From Patescibacteria group bacterium (GTDB lineage: Bacteria; Patescibacteriota; Minisyncoccia; UBA6257; 2-01-FULL-56-20): a DNA stretch of 64,000 nucleotides. Below the pieces are notes generated by a model. The model did no database searches and was not told the origin of the DNA. It was given only the letters and a program-made list of their open reading frames with translations. The DNA lies in NCBI GenBank assembly GCA_038063755.1, contig JBBTUL010000011.1:71040-135039 (forward strand), read 5' to 3'. Position numbers and translations under genes: made by a program. This document shows positions 9,382 to 19,559 of the stretch, piece after piece (the first letter of the stretch is position 1; every line of letters begins with the position of its first letter).

Positions 9382-11150
9382 GCGATTTCGCTATTGTAGC
9401 AAGATTCACAGTATACAATCTCCGGTCGATCAGGAGCGTATGAGGTCTCGAATTCATTTGGACAGGAATTCGTACCGTGTGGATGTGCAGCTGTGTTTTG
9501 ATAGACACCGCCCTGCGAAGCCGCTCCCACACAGACACACTTTCGATGCCAAAGTTTAAGTGGATTTCTCTGCTTGAGACGCTCGTAGTGACGACAATTT
9601 GGACAAAGGCGAGGGAGCGCCAGTTTTATTTTCCGGTAAAAAGCGAGCTCTTCGGGAATTATCCGGAAGGCCGTAGTGCACTGATCGTTACAGTCTCCTC
9701 CATGGAGGCATCCGATCGTTTCTTTAAGAACTGACTCATCTATATCCTTGATTTGATCTGGAAGATTTTCGGGTTCTTTTGTGATTGTGTATGACTTGGC
9801 GTCGAGGTCTCGCCAGCGGTAGCCCCTTTCAATAGCATCTTTCTTGGTTAACGGGAAATATTCTTGCGAGAGCGCTTCGTTGTACGCGAAAGGGGAGAGC
9901 TCAGGAGGAAAGAACTCACCATATTTATATACACGCCCGCGTGCATCCACATACGGCATAGCATTCATCTGCTCGATGATCTTGGGAACAAGCGCTTCAT
10001 ATTCTTCCTTTGTATATTGCCTGTTCAGAATGCAATATTGTTTACTGCGTAAACCTATGCAGCCAAAAAGATTGCTGGAAGAATGACACCAGTGGCAGTA
10101 TCTCATCTCACGAGCCGCGTCGGAGTCAGTACAGAAGGCAGTTTTGGACGTGCTCCAGCCGGTCACAACAGATTCATAATTTAATTCCTTTCCGGAACTC
10201 CCATAAATATCGTAGCTGTCCTTCAGATTAAATGCCCTCCCGACGAATTTCACGTTTTCAACTTCATGGACACCAAAACCAGATGTAACATTTTTTGAAT
10301 TCCAAATATTGTCTCCGGTACAGTCGGATGCCTTCGTTTGGTTGGAGAATTTATGGAGCGAACCGACGGCTATTTTGCGATATTCTTCTTCCATCTGTCT
10401 GAGAGTTTCATAGCTTCCCAGATTAATTTTTCCGACCTGAGCTTCGTAATCGGTTTTGGTAAGTTGTTTGTTCCTGAAAACATAACTTTTATTTCGTAGA
10501 CCAGAGCTCATAAAGCAGTTTTTGCAGTTTGCGCAATCGAAAAGAAAGCTTGATTCAACACAACCATGAGAATTATGTAGAAAAGCACTTCTGTAGTTGC
10601 CGCTTCCATCTATATTCTCGTAGCAAAGCTCTGACTTTTGGAGGTACAGCACATCAAAGCAATCCTTTAGGTCGGTGATATTGCTCGAATACGCAACGTT
10701 TTCGCTATCGACCGCCGAATAAGCCAAACAAATATTTTTCGTATTCCTCACAAAGTTTGAGAACTCAGCGTTTTCGTTTTGTGAATATTGCACGAGCGCC
10801 ACTTGGGGAACCTTGCTTTCCAATTGAAAGAATTGATCGAGGAACGGCTTGTTTTGGTCGTATTCTTGTTGGTAGGTTAGCGGGTCCCACCCATCCGATA
10901 GCCAGCACGATTTACAATAGATAGGAAATTTCGCGTCGGGAAGATGCATCGAAACTATCTCCTTGGCGCATAGATCGCACTTTCGCTTGCAGAGAGATCT
11001 TTCGTTTCGCCAAGTTAAGCGGCGAATTAGGCGGCACTCCGGACACCAGGTCGGCGGGGGAACGTTGATCTTTCTGTAGAAATCAAAATCTTCGGGTTCG
11101 ATCGTGAACTCTTTATGGCAGTTTTGACAATTTCGAGCTTCTTGATTCAT
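9378..11150 (-). CDS. Cys-rich Zn-ribbon/repeat protein, paralog 1 of 6
   Basis: 590 aa; CQNC..EDFDFY..VPPPTWCPECR, two C-x-x-LR-x-K-x-Y..N-x-Q-x-TK..Y blocks, YGEFFP..SPFAYNE, IVYCESCY; ATGA overlaps at both ends. Confidence 0.9.
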   Translation of the reverse strand: MNQEARNCQNCHKEFTIEPEDFDFYRKINVPPPTWCPECRLIRRLTWRNERSLCKRKCDLCAKEIVSMHLPDAKFPIYCKSCWLSDGWDPLTYQQEYDQNKPFLDQFFQLESKVPQVALVQYSQNENAEFSNFVRNTKNICLAYSAVDSENVAYSSNITDLKDCFDVLYLQKSELCYENIDGSGNYRSAFLHNSHGCVESSFLFDCANCKNCFMSSGLRNKSYVFRNKQLTKTDYEAQVGKINLGSYETLRQMEEEYRKIAVGSLHKFSNQTKASDCTGDNIWNSKNVTSGFGVHEVENVKFVGRAFNLKDSYDIYGSSGKELNYESVVTGWSTSKTAFCTDSDAAREMRYCHWCHSSSNLFGCIGLRSKQYCILNRQYTKEEYEALVPKIIEQMNAMPYVDARGRVYKYGEFFPPELSPFAYNEALSQEYFPLTKKDAIERGYRWRDLDAKSYTITKEPENLPDQIKDIDESVLKETIGCLHGGDCNDQCTTAFRIIPEELAFYRKIKLALPRLCPNCRHYERLKQRNPLKLWHRKCVCVGAASQGGVYQNTAAHPHGTNSCPNEFETSYAPDRPEIVYCESCYNSEIA

Positions 11151-11710
11151 TCGAGGGAGTCCAGTAGCTTGTTTGTTGCCTGAAAAGATCGCAACGCCTC
11201 CTGCTTGATTCCCGGCAAGCCGATATAGCCGAGTTTCTGTTTTGCCTTACGCCGAACTTGTCGAACGGCATCGGAAAGGGAGAGATCGCGCCCTCCAAGA
11301 TCGTGGAGATAAATAACCGCTCCTTGGACGGTAATAAACTTAAAGCACTCGGCGCTTTTCATAACCTCCGCAACCTTGCTCTCGGCCTTAACTTTCTCGT
11401 GATGAGCTCGTATAGCATTCAAGATGATCATCGTTTTTCGGGGATCCACTTTCCATCGTTTCAAATATTTCTCGGCAAGTCGGGCGCTTAGCTCTTCGTG
11501 GTTGCCCTGAATCCTCCCGTTGATTTTTTTGGAAAAAATTACATGCGCAAGATAGAGGGCAACAACGACTAATTCACGATCGACATTATATTTTTTCGCC
11601 AGTTCTTCGCCCTTGGCGACTGCCAGTTCCGTAAGTGCCCAGGTCGGAGCTCCATTTTCGATTGTCTTGCGGTGCATGAGAGCCCTGGATCGACGAATGA
11701 GTGTGGACAT
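11147..11710 (-). CDS. HD-domain-like protein with degenerate metal ligands
   Basis: A..LAK.YNVD.ELV.VA.YL, NHEELSA.LA, ILNAIRAHH; HD dyad replaced by AH. Confidence 0.7.
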   Translation of the reverse strand: MSTLIRRSRALMHRKTIENGAPTWALTELAVAKGEELAKKYNVDRELVVVALYLAHVIFSKKINGRIQGNHEELSARLAEKYLKRWKVDPRKTMIILNAIRAHHEKVKAESKVAEVMKSAECFKFITVQGAVIYLHDLGGRDLSLSDAVRQVRRKAKQKLGYIGLPGIKQEALRSFQATNKLLDSLE

Positions 11711-11719
11711 GAAAAAATT

Positions 11720-12085
11720 TTATTTGTCCTTTTTTAAATCCAAACAGACCGAGTTAATGCAGTATCGTTTTCCAGTCGCGGTCGGACCATCGTCAAAAAC
11801 ATGTCCGAGGTGGGCACCGCAGAAACCGCACTTCACTTCGACGCGTTTCATACCGCCGCCCTCATCCGATTCATAGACGACGCTCGTGTCGGATATCGGT
11901 TTTTCGTAGCTTGGCCACCCGGTTCCAGGATCGAACTTGGCATCCGATGCAAAAAGGGGATTGTCGCACGCGGCACAGTGATATGTGCCGTCATCGTGCG
12001 AATTCCAATAGGTTCCGCTAAAAGGTGCCTCTGTTCCTTTTTCTTGCATGACGTGATGTTGTTCCGGGGTGAGCTCTTTCGGCAT
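11720..12085 (-). CDS. msrB: Peptide-methionine (R)-S-oxide reductase
   Basis: GTEAPFSG, CAAC, GWPSY, HLGHVFDDGP, RYCINS. Confidence 0.97.
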   Translation of the reverse strand: MPKELTPEQHHVMQEKGTEAPFSGTYWNSHDDGTYHCAACDNPLFASDAKFDPGTGWPSYEKPISDTSVVYESDEGGGMKRVEVKCGFCGAHLGHVFDDGPTATGKRYCINSVCLDLKKDK

Positions 12086-12174
12086 CCTCTCATTTTATCG
12101 CAGTCCGTTGACCCCGTGAATAGGAAGGTCTAATGTCAAAGAAGTAATCGGCTTTGCCAAAAAATGGAGATCTT

Positions 12175-12447
12175 ATGGAGGACGATCCTCGTGCGAGATT
12201 TCGCTATCTAGTTGAAGGCAGAAGAAGTCCATCAAAGGAAACTGAATACGAAGACTTTTCTTGGCTTATCAGAGCAAGCGGAGATAGGGAGGCTCAGTCT
12301 TGGGCGTTCATCGTGATGCGAAAATCTCTTATGCGCTATAAAGACTTGCGAATAGTGCGACTGAGCGAGCACGGGTGTACGGCAAGCCTCACCTTTAAGA
12401 GCGATAGGGTGTTCGATTTCAAATCCGAGAGCGAGAAAAGCATTTAA
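12175..12447 (+). CDS. Orphan hypothetical protein
   Basis: ATG 12175 preceded by GGAG; TTGACC(12108)-17-TAATGT promoter; hairpin downstream. Confidence 0.55.
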   Translation: MEDDPRARFRYLVEGRRSPSKETEYEDFSWLIRASGDREAQSWAFIVMRKSLMRYKDLRIVRLSEHGCTASLTFKSDRVFDFKSESEKSI

Positions 12448-12477
12448 GGGGATAGACAAAGCACATCCTCTTCAAAC

Positions 12478-12522
12478 CCCTACCTGTCGCACAATCATCA
12501 TTTTGCGACAGGTAGGGTCTTT
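12478..12522. terminator. Terminator hairpin between convergent genes
   Basis: CCCTACCTGTCGCA / TGCGACAGGTAGGG perfect 14-bp stem followed by TCTTTT. Confidence 0.8.
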
Positions 12523-12947
12523 TAATTAACCAACGCTCTTAAGAGATCGGCTAACTTGTCTATGGAAAATTGAAATATGCCGAGTATCGCCCTTATGACC
12601 CACATGAAGAGCCTCCAGAAGACCAAGATGAACTGATCAAAGCCTACTCCGGTGACACCTCTGAACCAGTTGTTGATTCCCCGAAGGACGCCCTCTTCTA
12701 TAATTGGCTGAGACAAGTCCTTCGCATTGGTTGAAGTACCCTTCACAGTGTCTTGAACGTCTTCTTTCGCACCACTAAAAAATCCAGAAAAAATGTTTCC
12801 TAAAACCCTCGCTACGTCTTGTGATGCGTTGGATTCGAGATCCGGAAGCGCAGGGTCTGTTTTAGACGAAGTTGCGACTCCTGTCGCAAACGCTGTCGTT
12901 CCAAGAACAAGACTAAAAACAACAGTCCAGAAAAAGATCCTTCTCAT
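12522..12947 (-). CDS. Hypothetical secreted/membrane protein
   Basis: Signal-like N-terminus, amphipathic C-terminal helices; TATAAT 7 nt before ATG. Confidence 0.75.
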   Translation of the reverse strand: MRRIFFWTVVFSLVLGTTAFATGVATSSKTDPALPDLESNASQDVARVLGNIFSGFFSGAKEDVQDTVKGTSTNAKDLSQPIIEEGVLRGINNWFRGVTGVGFDQFILVFWRLFMWVIRAILGIFQFSIDKLADLLRALVN

Positions 12948-12978
12948 TCCTTACATTATAACACATTTCTATAAAAGA

Positions 12979-14241
12979 TCAAAGATAATCCTCGGGATCA
13001 ATAACAACGCCAACCGGAATAAGACCAACGCTTGGTGGAACCGACTTCATGGTGATACTTGGACTCCAGTAAAGACCCAGGTGAAGATGCGGTCCGGTTG
13101 AGTAACCCGTGTTTCCGGAGTATCCGATAATTTGTCCGCGCCTCACTCGATCCCCTTCTCTCACAATTTGTCGAGAAAGGTGACCATAAAGCGTTGCAAG
13201 ATTGTTGTCGTGTTTCAGAAGTACATATTTTCCGTACTGATATTTCTTCAGTCTGCTCTTGTCATTGTCATCAACAGCAAAAACTACTCCGTCCTCTGCA
13301 GCAATGATAGGCGTTCCAACCGGAACGCCTATATCAAGACCGTTGTGTGGCTTTCCACGGTAGAGACTAGATATCGTTCCGAAGTGCTGAGTAATCTTTT
13401 TTTGTCCGCCAATGACTGGCCACTCGAAAACGCCCAGACGTTTCGCCGGAAGAAGGTTCGGATTGAATGATTCGCGGAGCTTTTTTTCAAATTCAGCGAT
13501 TTCGTCAGAGATTGAATCCTGCTGTCCTCGCAGTTCCTGTAGCTGTTTTTCATACACTCCTTCTTTGTTTTTTGTGACGGTAAGAATTGATTCACGCTCA
13601 GCTTTCTTGTCCTCAACAATGAGTTTTCTGTTTTTTAGGTTTTCCTGTCGAACGAGCACCTCGCTTCGTTTTTCCTCAACGTTATTGAGCTTTGATTCGT
13701 ATCCTTCGGATAGAACGCGAAGCTCGGCGATGTCGATCGTAAGCTGCGACCGAATCGTTCCAAGATTTTGTGCCTCGGTAAGGGTTTCGGTAAGCTTCGC
13801 ATTCTGCAGCAGAATCATGAGAAGATTATTTTGATCGTTTCTCTGAAGTTCTCTCATAAGATCGCCGATCGCCTCTTTTTTGTCGGCCACGGAGTCTTCG
13901 ATGTCACGAATGTCGTATTGGAGACCGTCAATCTCAAAACCAAGCTTTTGGCTCGTCACATCGTCAGACTGAATGTTTAGGTTTAACTGCTTCACCGAAT
14001 AGTCGAGGGACTTTAGCTCTTTGGTGAGCGAGCTCTTTTGTCCTTGAATTTCTTTCAGAGTGTTCTGCGTCGTTTCGAGTTCCTTATTGATTGACTCGAG
14101 CCTTTGTGTCCGCGCCTGAATCTCTCGCTCAAGCTCTTCGGGGGTCGAGGTGGTGGCGGCAAGCGCTAAAAAATCTGCCGGAAATGAAATAGTTAAGAAA
14201 AGCGCTAAACTGCAGGAAATGTTTAAGATATAGTTTTTCAT
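12979..14241 (-). CDS. Coiled-coil M23 peptidase (EnvC/CwlO-like murein hydrolase or activator)
   Basis: Signal peptide from ATG 14241, long coiled coil, HNGLD, YGHL, STGPHLH. Confidence 0.92.
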   Translation of the reverse strand: MKNYILNISCSLALFLTISFPADFLALAATTSTPEELEREIQARTQRLESINKELETTQNTLKEIQGQKSSLTKELKSLDYSVKQLNLNIQSDDVTSQKLGFEIDGLQYDIRDIEDSVADKKEAIGDLMRELQRNDQNNLLMILLQNAKLTETLTEAQNLGTIRSQLTIDIAELRVLSEGYESKLNNVEEKRSEVLVRQENLKNRKLIVEDKKAERESILTVTKNKEGVYEKQLQELRGQQDSISDEIAEFEKKLRESFNPNLLPAKRLGVFEWPVIGGQKKITQHFGTISSLYRGKPHNGLDIGVPVGTPIIAAEDGVVFAVDDNDKSRLKKYQYGKYVLLKHDNNLATLYGHLSRQIVREGDRVRRGQIIGYSGNTGYSTGPHLHLGLYWSPSITMKSVPPSVGLIPVGVVIDPEDYL

Positions 14242-14249
14242 AATGAACG

Positions 14250-15701
14250 CTAAAGGAGGCGTTGTTCTCCTGAAATCTTCTTTTTGGCGAGAGAGATACG
14301 CTCGAGAGACTCCTCTTTTCCAAGAATTCTCAGAATGTCGAATGGGTCGGGAGAAGCCTTTTTCCCTGAAAGCGCGACACGAACCGGCCACAGAACACTC
14401 CCCTTGCCGTTTTTTTTCATGATCGAATCAAGCATTCGCTCCATCTCTTCTCTGTCGAGGTTTTCTGCTTTTTTTATTGCTTCAGCAACTTCGTGCAGTG
14501 CTTCGATGGTTTTTTCCTCTCCGTCGTTATTCCATCGAAGAAGGTCTACACTATACGCCGGCAACGAAAAAAAGAAATCCGAAAGATCAAAGAAATCGCT
14601 TATTGTTCTCATCCGCTCTTTTTGAATCTCAATTATTTCCAAAAGAAATTCCTCGGATCGTACGCTGATCCCTCGTGCCTTGAGGAGCGGCGTAATCATA
14701 CTTTTAATCTCCTCCGCCTCCATAAGTTTTAAGTGCTCCTTGTTGAGCCACAAAAGCTTTTCTTCGTTAAAAATTGCTCCTGCCTTCTGTACCCGAGAAA
14801 GCGAAAATTCCGCGAGCAATCCGTCGAGGGTAAAAACTTCTTCGTTTCCCTTTGGGTGCCAACCAAGAAGCGCAAGAAAATTTACGATTGCGGCTGGGAA
14901 AAAACCTTGCTCTCTATATTTCAGAAGCGATGTTTCAGCGTAGCGTTTGGACATTTTGCTTCGATCGTGGTTTAGAAGAAGCGGTAGATGTGCGAACTCT
15001 GGTTCTTGAAATCCTAGCGCCTTAGCAAGTAAAATTTGTTTCGGCGTATTCGAAATATGATCTTCTCCTCGAATTACATGCGAGATATTCATGAGTTCAT
15101 CGTCCACAACGGCGGTAAAATTATAGAGTGGATGTTCCAGGTCTTTTGCGATAACAATGTCCCCGAAAAGAGATGCGTCGAATGTGACTGTCCCACGAAC
15201 AATGTCTTTAAATGTAATCTTTGCTTCGGGAGATTTAAAACGGATCACTTGACGCTCGCGCCCCTCCGGAGCCTCGGCAAAACTTCTGCAGTGACCGCTG
15301 TACTTCGGCGCGAACCCCTGCGAGGTCATCGCTTCTTTCTGCGCCTCAAGCTCCTCAGGAGTGCAATAGCAGTAGTAGGCCTTTTTTTCGCTGAGAAGAT
15401 TTTCTAGGTGTTGCTTATAAATATGGACCCGCTCGCTTTGTCGATACGGTCCATAATCTCCGCCGACTTCCGGACCTTCGTCCCAGTTAAGTCCAAGCCA
15501 TCTTAGAGATTCCAAAATTTCGTCCTCGAATTCTTTCTTCGACCGTACTTCGTCGGTGTCTTCGATTCTCAGAATAAACGTTCCTCTTCCCTGGCGTGCA
15601 AAAAGCCAGTTAAACAAGGCGGCTCTTGCTCCCCCAACGTGAAAATGCCCCGTCGGACTTGGAGCAAATCGCACTCTTATAGGCCGAATGCTTTCTTTCA
15701 T
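14250..15701 (-). CDS. gltX: Glutamate--tRNA ligase
   Basis: RFAPSPTG.HVGG, RIEDTD, RGEDH, KMSKR. Confidence 0.98.
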   Translation of the reverse strand: MKESIRPIRVRFAPSPTGHFHVGGARAALFNWLFARQGRGTFILRIEDTDEVRSKKEFEDEILESLRWLGLNWDEGPEVGGDYGPYRQSERVHIYKQHLENLLSEKKAYYCYCTPEELEAQKEAMTSQGFAPKYSGHCRSFAEAPEGRERQVIRFKSPEAKITFKDIVRGTVTFDASLFGDIVIAKDLEHPLYNFTAVVDDELMNISHVIRGEDHISNTPKQILLAKALGFQEPEFAHLPLLLNHDRSKMSKRYAETSLLKYREQGFFPAAIVNFLALLGWHPKGNEEVFTLDGLLAEFSLSRVQKAGAIFNEEKLLWLNKEHLKLMEAEEIKSMITPLLKARGISVRSEEFLLEIIEIQKERMRTISDFFDLSDFFFSLPAYSVDLLRWNNDGEEKTIEALHEVAEAIKKAENLDREEMERMLDSIMKKNGKGSVLWPVRVALSGKKASPDPFDILRILGKEESLERISLAKKKISGEQRLL

Positions 15702-15747
15702 CGGTCTTTATTTTACCACTAAACATGGGCTTGTTTAAAGCCGAAAG

Positions 15748-16890
15748 CTAGACGAGCTGCAATATCTGCTTTGCGATTTCCTCTGCGGCTCGAGGCTTTG
15801 CAAATTGAAGGGCCGATCGAGACATATTGTCTCTTACGGTCGGATTTGAAAGTATTTTCTTTAGCTCGTGCACAAAAGTTTGTGCATTTAGATTTTCTTC
15901 CTCTATTACAATCGCTCCGCCTCCTCCGGCAAAAATGTACGCGTTAGATCGTTGATGATCCTTTGCCGATTCATCAAGAGGAACCAGGACGGAAGGTGTT
16001 CCGAATGGTGCAATCTCGAATAGTGTTCCGCTGCCGGAACGGGCGAGCACAACATCAGCCGCTGATAGGGCTTCGGTAAGTTTTTTCTCTTCAAAGTATG
16101 GCACCAGGGAGTAGCGATGTTCGACTTCGGTCTTCACCGGAAGATCAATAAGAACAGCTTCTGAAAGTTTTTTTGTATCCAAAAAATCCCCGGTTCCTGC
16201 TTGGTGTAAAATCTGCGTCTCGGTGAGGAATTCTTTTAGATTAAGAGCTACGAATCGATTTATGCGCTGAGCTCCTTGCGACCCACCGAGAACAAGAAGA
16301 ACCGGCTCTCCGGGGTTAAAGCCGAGGCTTTCTTTCGCCGCTTCCTGGGTAATCCTCTTCTCCTGGAAACTCCTCCGAACGGGATTTCCTAAAATTAAAA
16401 CTTTTCTCGAGTCGAAGTATTGACGGGCTGCTTCAAAGCTTAAGATGATTTTCTTTGCGAATCGTGCCGTAAGTAGCGTCGTAAGGCCTGGGACGGAGTC
16501 GGACTCATGTATGACAATCGGAATTCGATAAAACCAGCCGCACAAAACCACCGGCAGGGCTCCGGGACCGCCCTTTGAAAAAATCACGTCGGGCATTAAG
16601 AGAAACATTTTCCACCAGGCTTGTATGAGGCCGACGAAAAACTTCGGAATATCGATAAAATTTTGCAGGGAAAAATACCGGCGGAGTTTCCCGGTGAGGA
16701 TCGGGTGTATGGCAACAGGAACGCGTGCGAACTCTCTTGAATACTGATCGAGCGAGCCGAACCAGTGCATCGTGATTTTCCCCGGCAACTGCCCGCGCGT
16801 ATCCTGTAGTATCTCTGCAACAGCGACAAGAGGATTTATATGTCCCCCGCTTCCTCCGCCACAGAAAAGAATTCGAATTTCTGATTCCAT
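15748..16890 (-). CDS. murG: Lipid II GlcNAc transferase
   Basis: GGGSGGHINP, GNPVR, GGSQGA, RSGSGT, HQRSNA. Confidence 0.96.
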   Translation of the reverse strand: MESEIRILFCGGGSGGHINPLVAVAEILQDTRGQLPGKITMHWFGSLDQYSREFARVPVAIHPILTGKLRRYFSLQNFIDIPKFFVGLIQAWWKMFLLMPDVIFSKGGPGALPVVLCGWFYRIPIVIHESDSVPGLTTLLTARFAKKIILSFEAARQYFDSRKVLILGNPVRRSFQEKRITQEAAKESLGFNPGEPVLLVLGGSQGAQRINRFVALNLKEFLTETQILHQAGTGDFLDTKKLSEAVLIDLPVKTEVEHRYSLVPYFEEKKLTEALSAADVVLARSGSGTLFEIAPFGTPSVLVPLDESAKDHQRSNAYIFAGGGGAIVIEEENLNAQTFVHELKKILSNPTVRDNMSRSALQFAKPRAAEEIAKQILQLV

Positions 16891-16896
16891 AATATA

Positions 16897-18009
16897 TTAG
16901 GTGTACTTAGAAATATTAGCGGCGATACCGCTCATGGTCAAAAAAACGGCAAGGGCAGTCCCCCCGTAGCTTACAAATGGCAACGGAACTCCCGTAAGCG
17001 GTAAAAGTCCTGAAATTGATCCGATATGAACAATGGACTGTAGGGCAATAATAAGTCCGAAACCAGCCAAAATGAGCTTCCCGAAGCGATCCCTCGCCCG
17101 TGAAGCTATCCAGAAGAAGCGAAAAACTAAAATCGCGAATATGACAACAACCACGCTTGTTCCGAGAAAGCCAAGTTCTTGTCCCAAAACGGCGAAAATA
17201 GAGTCGTCGATGACTGCGGGAAGACTACTGGCTTTGGCCGTCGACTGTCCATATCCGACTCCCGTGACCCCTCCGGAACCGATTGCAATGAGCGCTTGAT
17301 TCAAGTGGTAGTTTGCTCCAAGAGAGTCACCACTTTGATCGAAAAAACTCATTACTCGCTTCATTCGGTACGGAGTTGCAAAAATAAGCATCGTAAGAGC
17401 CAGTAAGCCGAGTCCCGCGATTGAAAATATGTATTTCCATTTAGCACCGCTTAAAAAATAGACACCCAAACCGGCAGTAAGCAGGATTGCGACCGTACTC
17501 GTCGCCGGCTGCAAAACCAAAAGTCCTCCGATAATTCCCGAAATAATGAGAAAAGGGAACAGGCCTTCGCTCATTGTTTCTGAACGACTCACTTTGGTAT
17601 TCGAAAGCCAAGCTGCAAGATACAAAATAAAGGAAAGTTTTAGTAGCTCTGCCGGCTGAAACGTAATTGGCCCCATCTCAAGCCAACGGCTTGCTCCTCC
17701 AGAAGTAATTCCGAAACTAGTAAATACCAACGAAAGCAAGCCGACGTTAACAAGCAGGAATGGTAGTGCAATCTTTTGATAAAACTGATATCGGATAAAG
17801 TAAGCCGCAAGAAATCCGAGCAGACCAAGCGAAAGACCGAAATACATCTGATGCTTTAAATAATAGTAACTATCTCCGAACTTAATTTCTCCGATATTCG
17901 AAGAAGCGCTCGATAGTACGATAAGTCCTCCGAGCGTAAGAATGAAAACCGAAGCAAGAAGGAGGTAGTCGGGATGATGTCCCCTCTTTGAAAAAAACCG
18001 CTCTTTCAT
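16897..18009 (-). CDS. ftsW: SEDS peptidoglycan polymerase FtsW
   Basis: GASRW, FQPAELLK, AIGSGG..GVG, LLPLTGVPLPFVSYGG; upstream of murG. Confidence 0.92.
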   Translation of the reverse strand: MKERFFSKRGHHPDYLLLASVFILTLGGLIVLSSASSNIGEIKFGDSYYYLKHQMYFGLSLGLLGFLAAYFIRYQFYQKIALPFLLVNVGLLSLVFTSFGITSGGASRWLEMGPITFQPAELLKLSFILYLAAWLSNTKVSRSETMSEGLFPFLIISGIIGGLLVLQPATSTVAILLTAGLGVYFLSGAKWKYIFSIAGLGLLALTMLIFATPYRMKRVMSFFDQSGDSLGANYHLNQALIAIGSGGVTGVGYGQSTAKASSLPAVIDDSIFAVLGQELGFLGTSVVVVIFAILVFRFFWIASRARDRFGKLILAGFGLIIALQSIVHIGSISGLLPLTGVPLPFVSYGGTALAVFLTMSGIAANISKYT

Positions 18010-19511
18010 TGTCGATGCTTTTTTACCGTTTCACCGGCCCGAATCCCGGTTATCTCTCCATTACGAACAACGACTTGTCCGCCGAGAATGACGAACCGAA
18101 CAAGACCATCTTTGAAAACCGCGCAGTCGGCGAAATTTCCTTCCTTGAGCATTCCTCTTTTTTTAAGTCCGAGCTTCTTTGCAGGGGCAAGTGTGATTTT
18201 TTCCACTGCCCTTTCGATGGATAGCGACTTGTCCTCGAGAAAAAGCCTGAGGAATTCAGGGAATGTTTTCGTCGACCGATCTGAGTGTGTAAAGCTCGTA
18301 TCCTTTCCGAAATTAGGAGCATGCGATGAGACAAGCGATCGATCATGCGAAAGCGCCTTCTTCAGTAGGTCTCCGTTGATATTTTTAATATGAATCACGG
18401 CTCGTAAATCAGTACACGCCATAAGGTGCAACAAAGCACCTCCTACGTCGTCTATCTCGTACATTTCTTGAACATCCTTCAATGTCTTGCCAGACAAAGA
18501 TTCATTTCCTGGGGCGTAGGCAATCTGAATATCAAGACTGTTAACCACTGGAAACTCCTTGATGATCCTCGGAATCATCCATGGATCCCGGATGGCTTTT
18601 TTTATCTCTAGAATTCCTTGGTTTCGCATCCAAAACGGAAGGAGACGATGAATCGGAACGGTACTTACCGGAAATGGATAAACATCAAAATGGACGTTTC
18701 GTTCTTTAGGAAGAGCGTCAAGCTTATCGAGAATTCGAAGATATTGCTCCTCGAATCCCTTAACTGGAACAAGGTGCGAAATGAGCATGTTCACTTGAGA
18801 TTCCTTTGAAAGTTTCAACGCCTCGTCAACGGATTTTTCGACATCACAGTCGACGCTACGTAAATGAATCGAGTACAGTAGGTTCTCCGCGCGAACCGTA
18901 CTCGCAAGAGATAACAGTTCCTTGTACGGTGTATTCCGAGCATGAATATACTCAAGTCCCGTAGAAAGCCCAAACGAACCATCCCGAAATGATTGACGAA
19001 GGATTTTTTCGAATAGTTGTGTTTCGTGCGCCGTAAGATCCCGAAGTTCTTCCCCGATAATCCCCCGTCGTATCGTGCTGTGCCCCGTAAGCGTTGCGAA
19101 ATTCACTCCCAGTCTCAACTTCTGAACATGCGAAAGAAATTCTTTTACGGTATGCCAATCGATGTTCATCTTCGACACATCCGCCCATTTTTGTATCGAT
19201 TCGAGCGAGCCATACAAAAGAGGCGCAAGAGATGATCCGCATTGCCCCCCGATCATCGTTGTAACTCCCTGCCGCAAAAAATCCCATTGCTCAGGATTCT
19301 CAAATAGCGAAAGATAGTGATCCGAGGTTGTTCCAATATCGATAAATCCAGGAGAAACGTAGCCCCCCTGACCATCGATGGTCTCCTCAGCTGCCTTTTC
19401 TGGAAATGACCCGATTGCCGAAATTTTGTTTCCAGATATAAAAATGTCTTTTTGGCTTGGCCGAGAGGCATCCCCAGCCAAAACAGTAACGTTTTTAATG
19501 AGAACCGACAT
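18006..19511 (-). CDS. N-acyl-D-amino-acid deacylase-like amidohydrolase (degenerate active site)
   Basis: PGFID, QGVTT..GQCG.S, GLSTGLEY, DVYPF, RG.LKEG..AD; start at 19511 or 19532. Confidence 0.85.
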   Translation of the reverse strand: MSVLIKNVTVLAGDASRPSQKDIFISGNKISAIGSFPEKAAEETIDGQGGYVSPGFIDIGTTSDHYLSLFENPEQWDFLRQGVTTMIGGQCGSSLAPLLYGSLESIQKWADVSKMNIDWHTVKEFLSHVQKLRLGVNFATLTGHSTIRRGIIGEELRDLTAHETQLFEKILRQSFRDGSFGLSTGLEYIHARNTPYKELLSLASTVRAENLLYSIHLRSVDCDVEKSVDEALKLSKESQVNMLISHLVPVKGFEEQYLRILDKLDALPKERNVHFDVYPFPVSTVPIHRLLPFWMRNQGILEIKKAIRDPWMIPRIIKEFPVVNSLDIQIAYAPGNESLSGKTLKDVQEMYEIDDVGGALLHLMACTDLRAVIHIKNINGDLLKKALSHDRSLVSSHAPNFGKDTSFTHSDRSTKTFPEFLRLFLEDKSLSIERAVEKITLAPAKKLGLKKRGMLKEGNFADCAVFKDGLVRFVILGGQVVVRNGEITGIRAGETVKKHRQ

Positions 19512-19559
19512 TGTTCCTTTATTATATCTCATCCGGAAACATTCCGTTGTGCCAAGATG

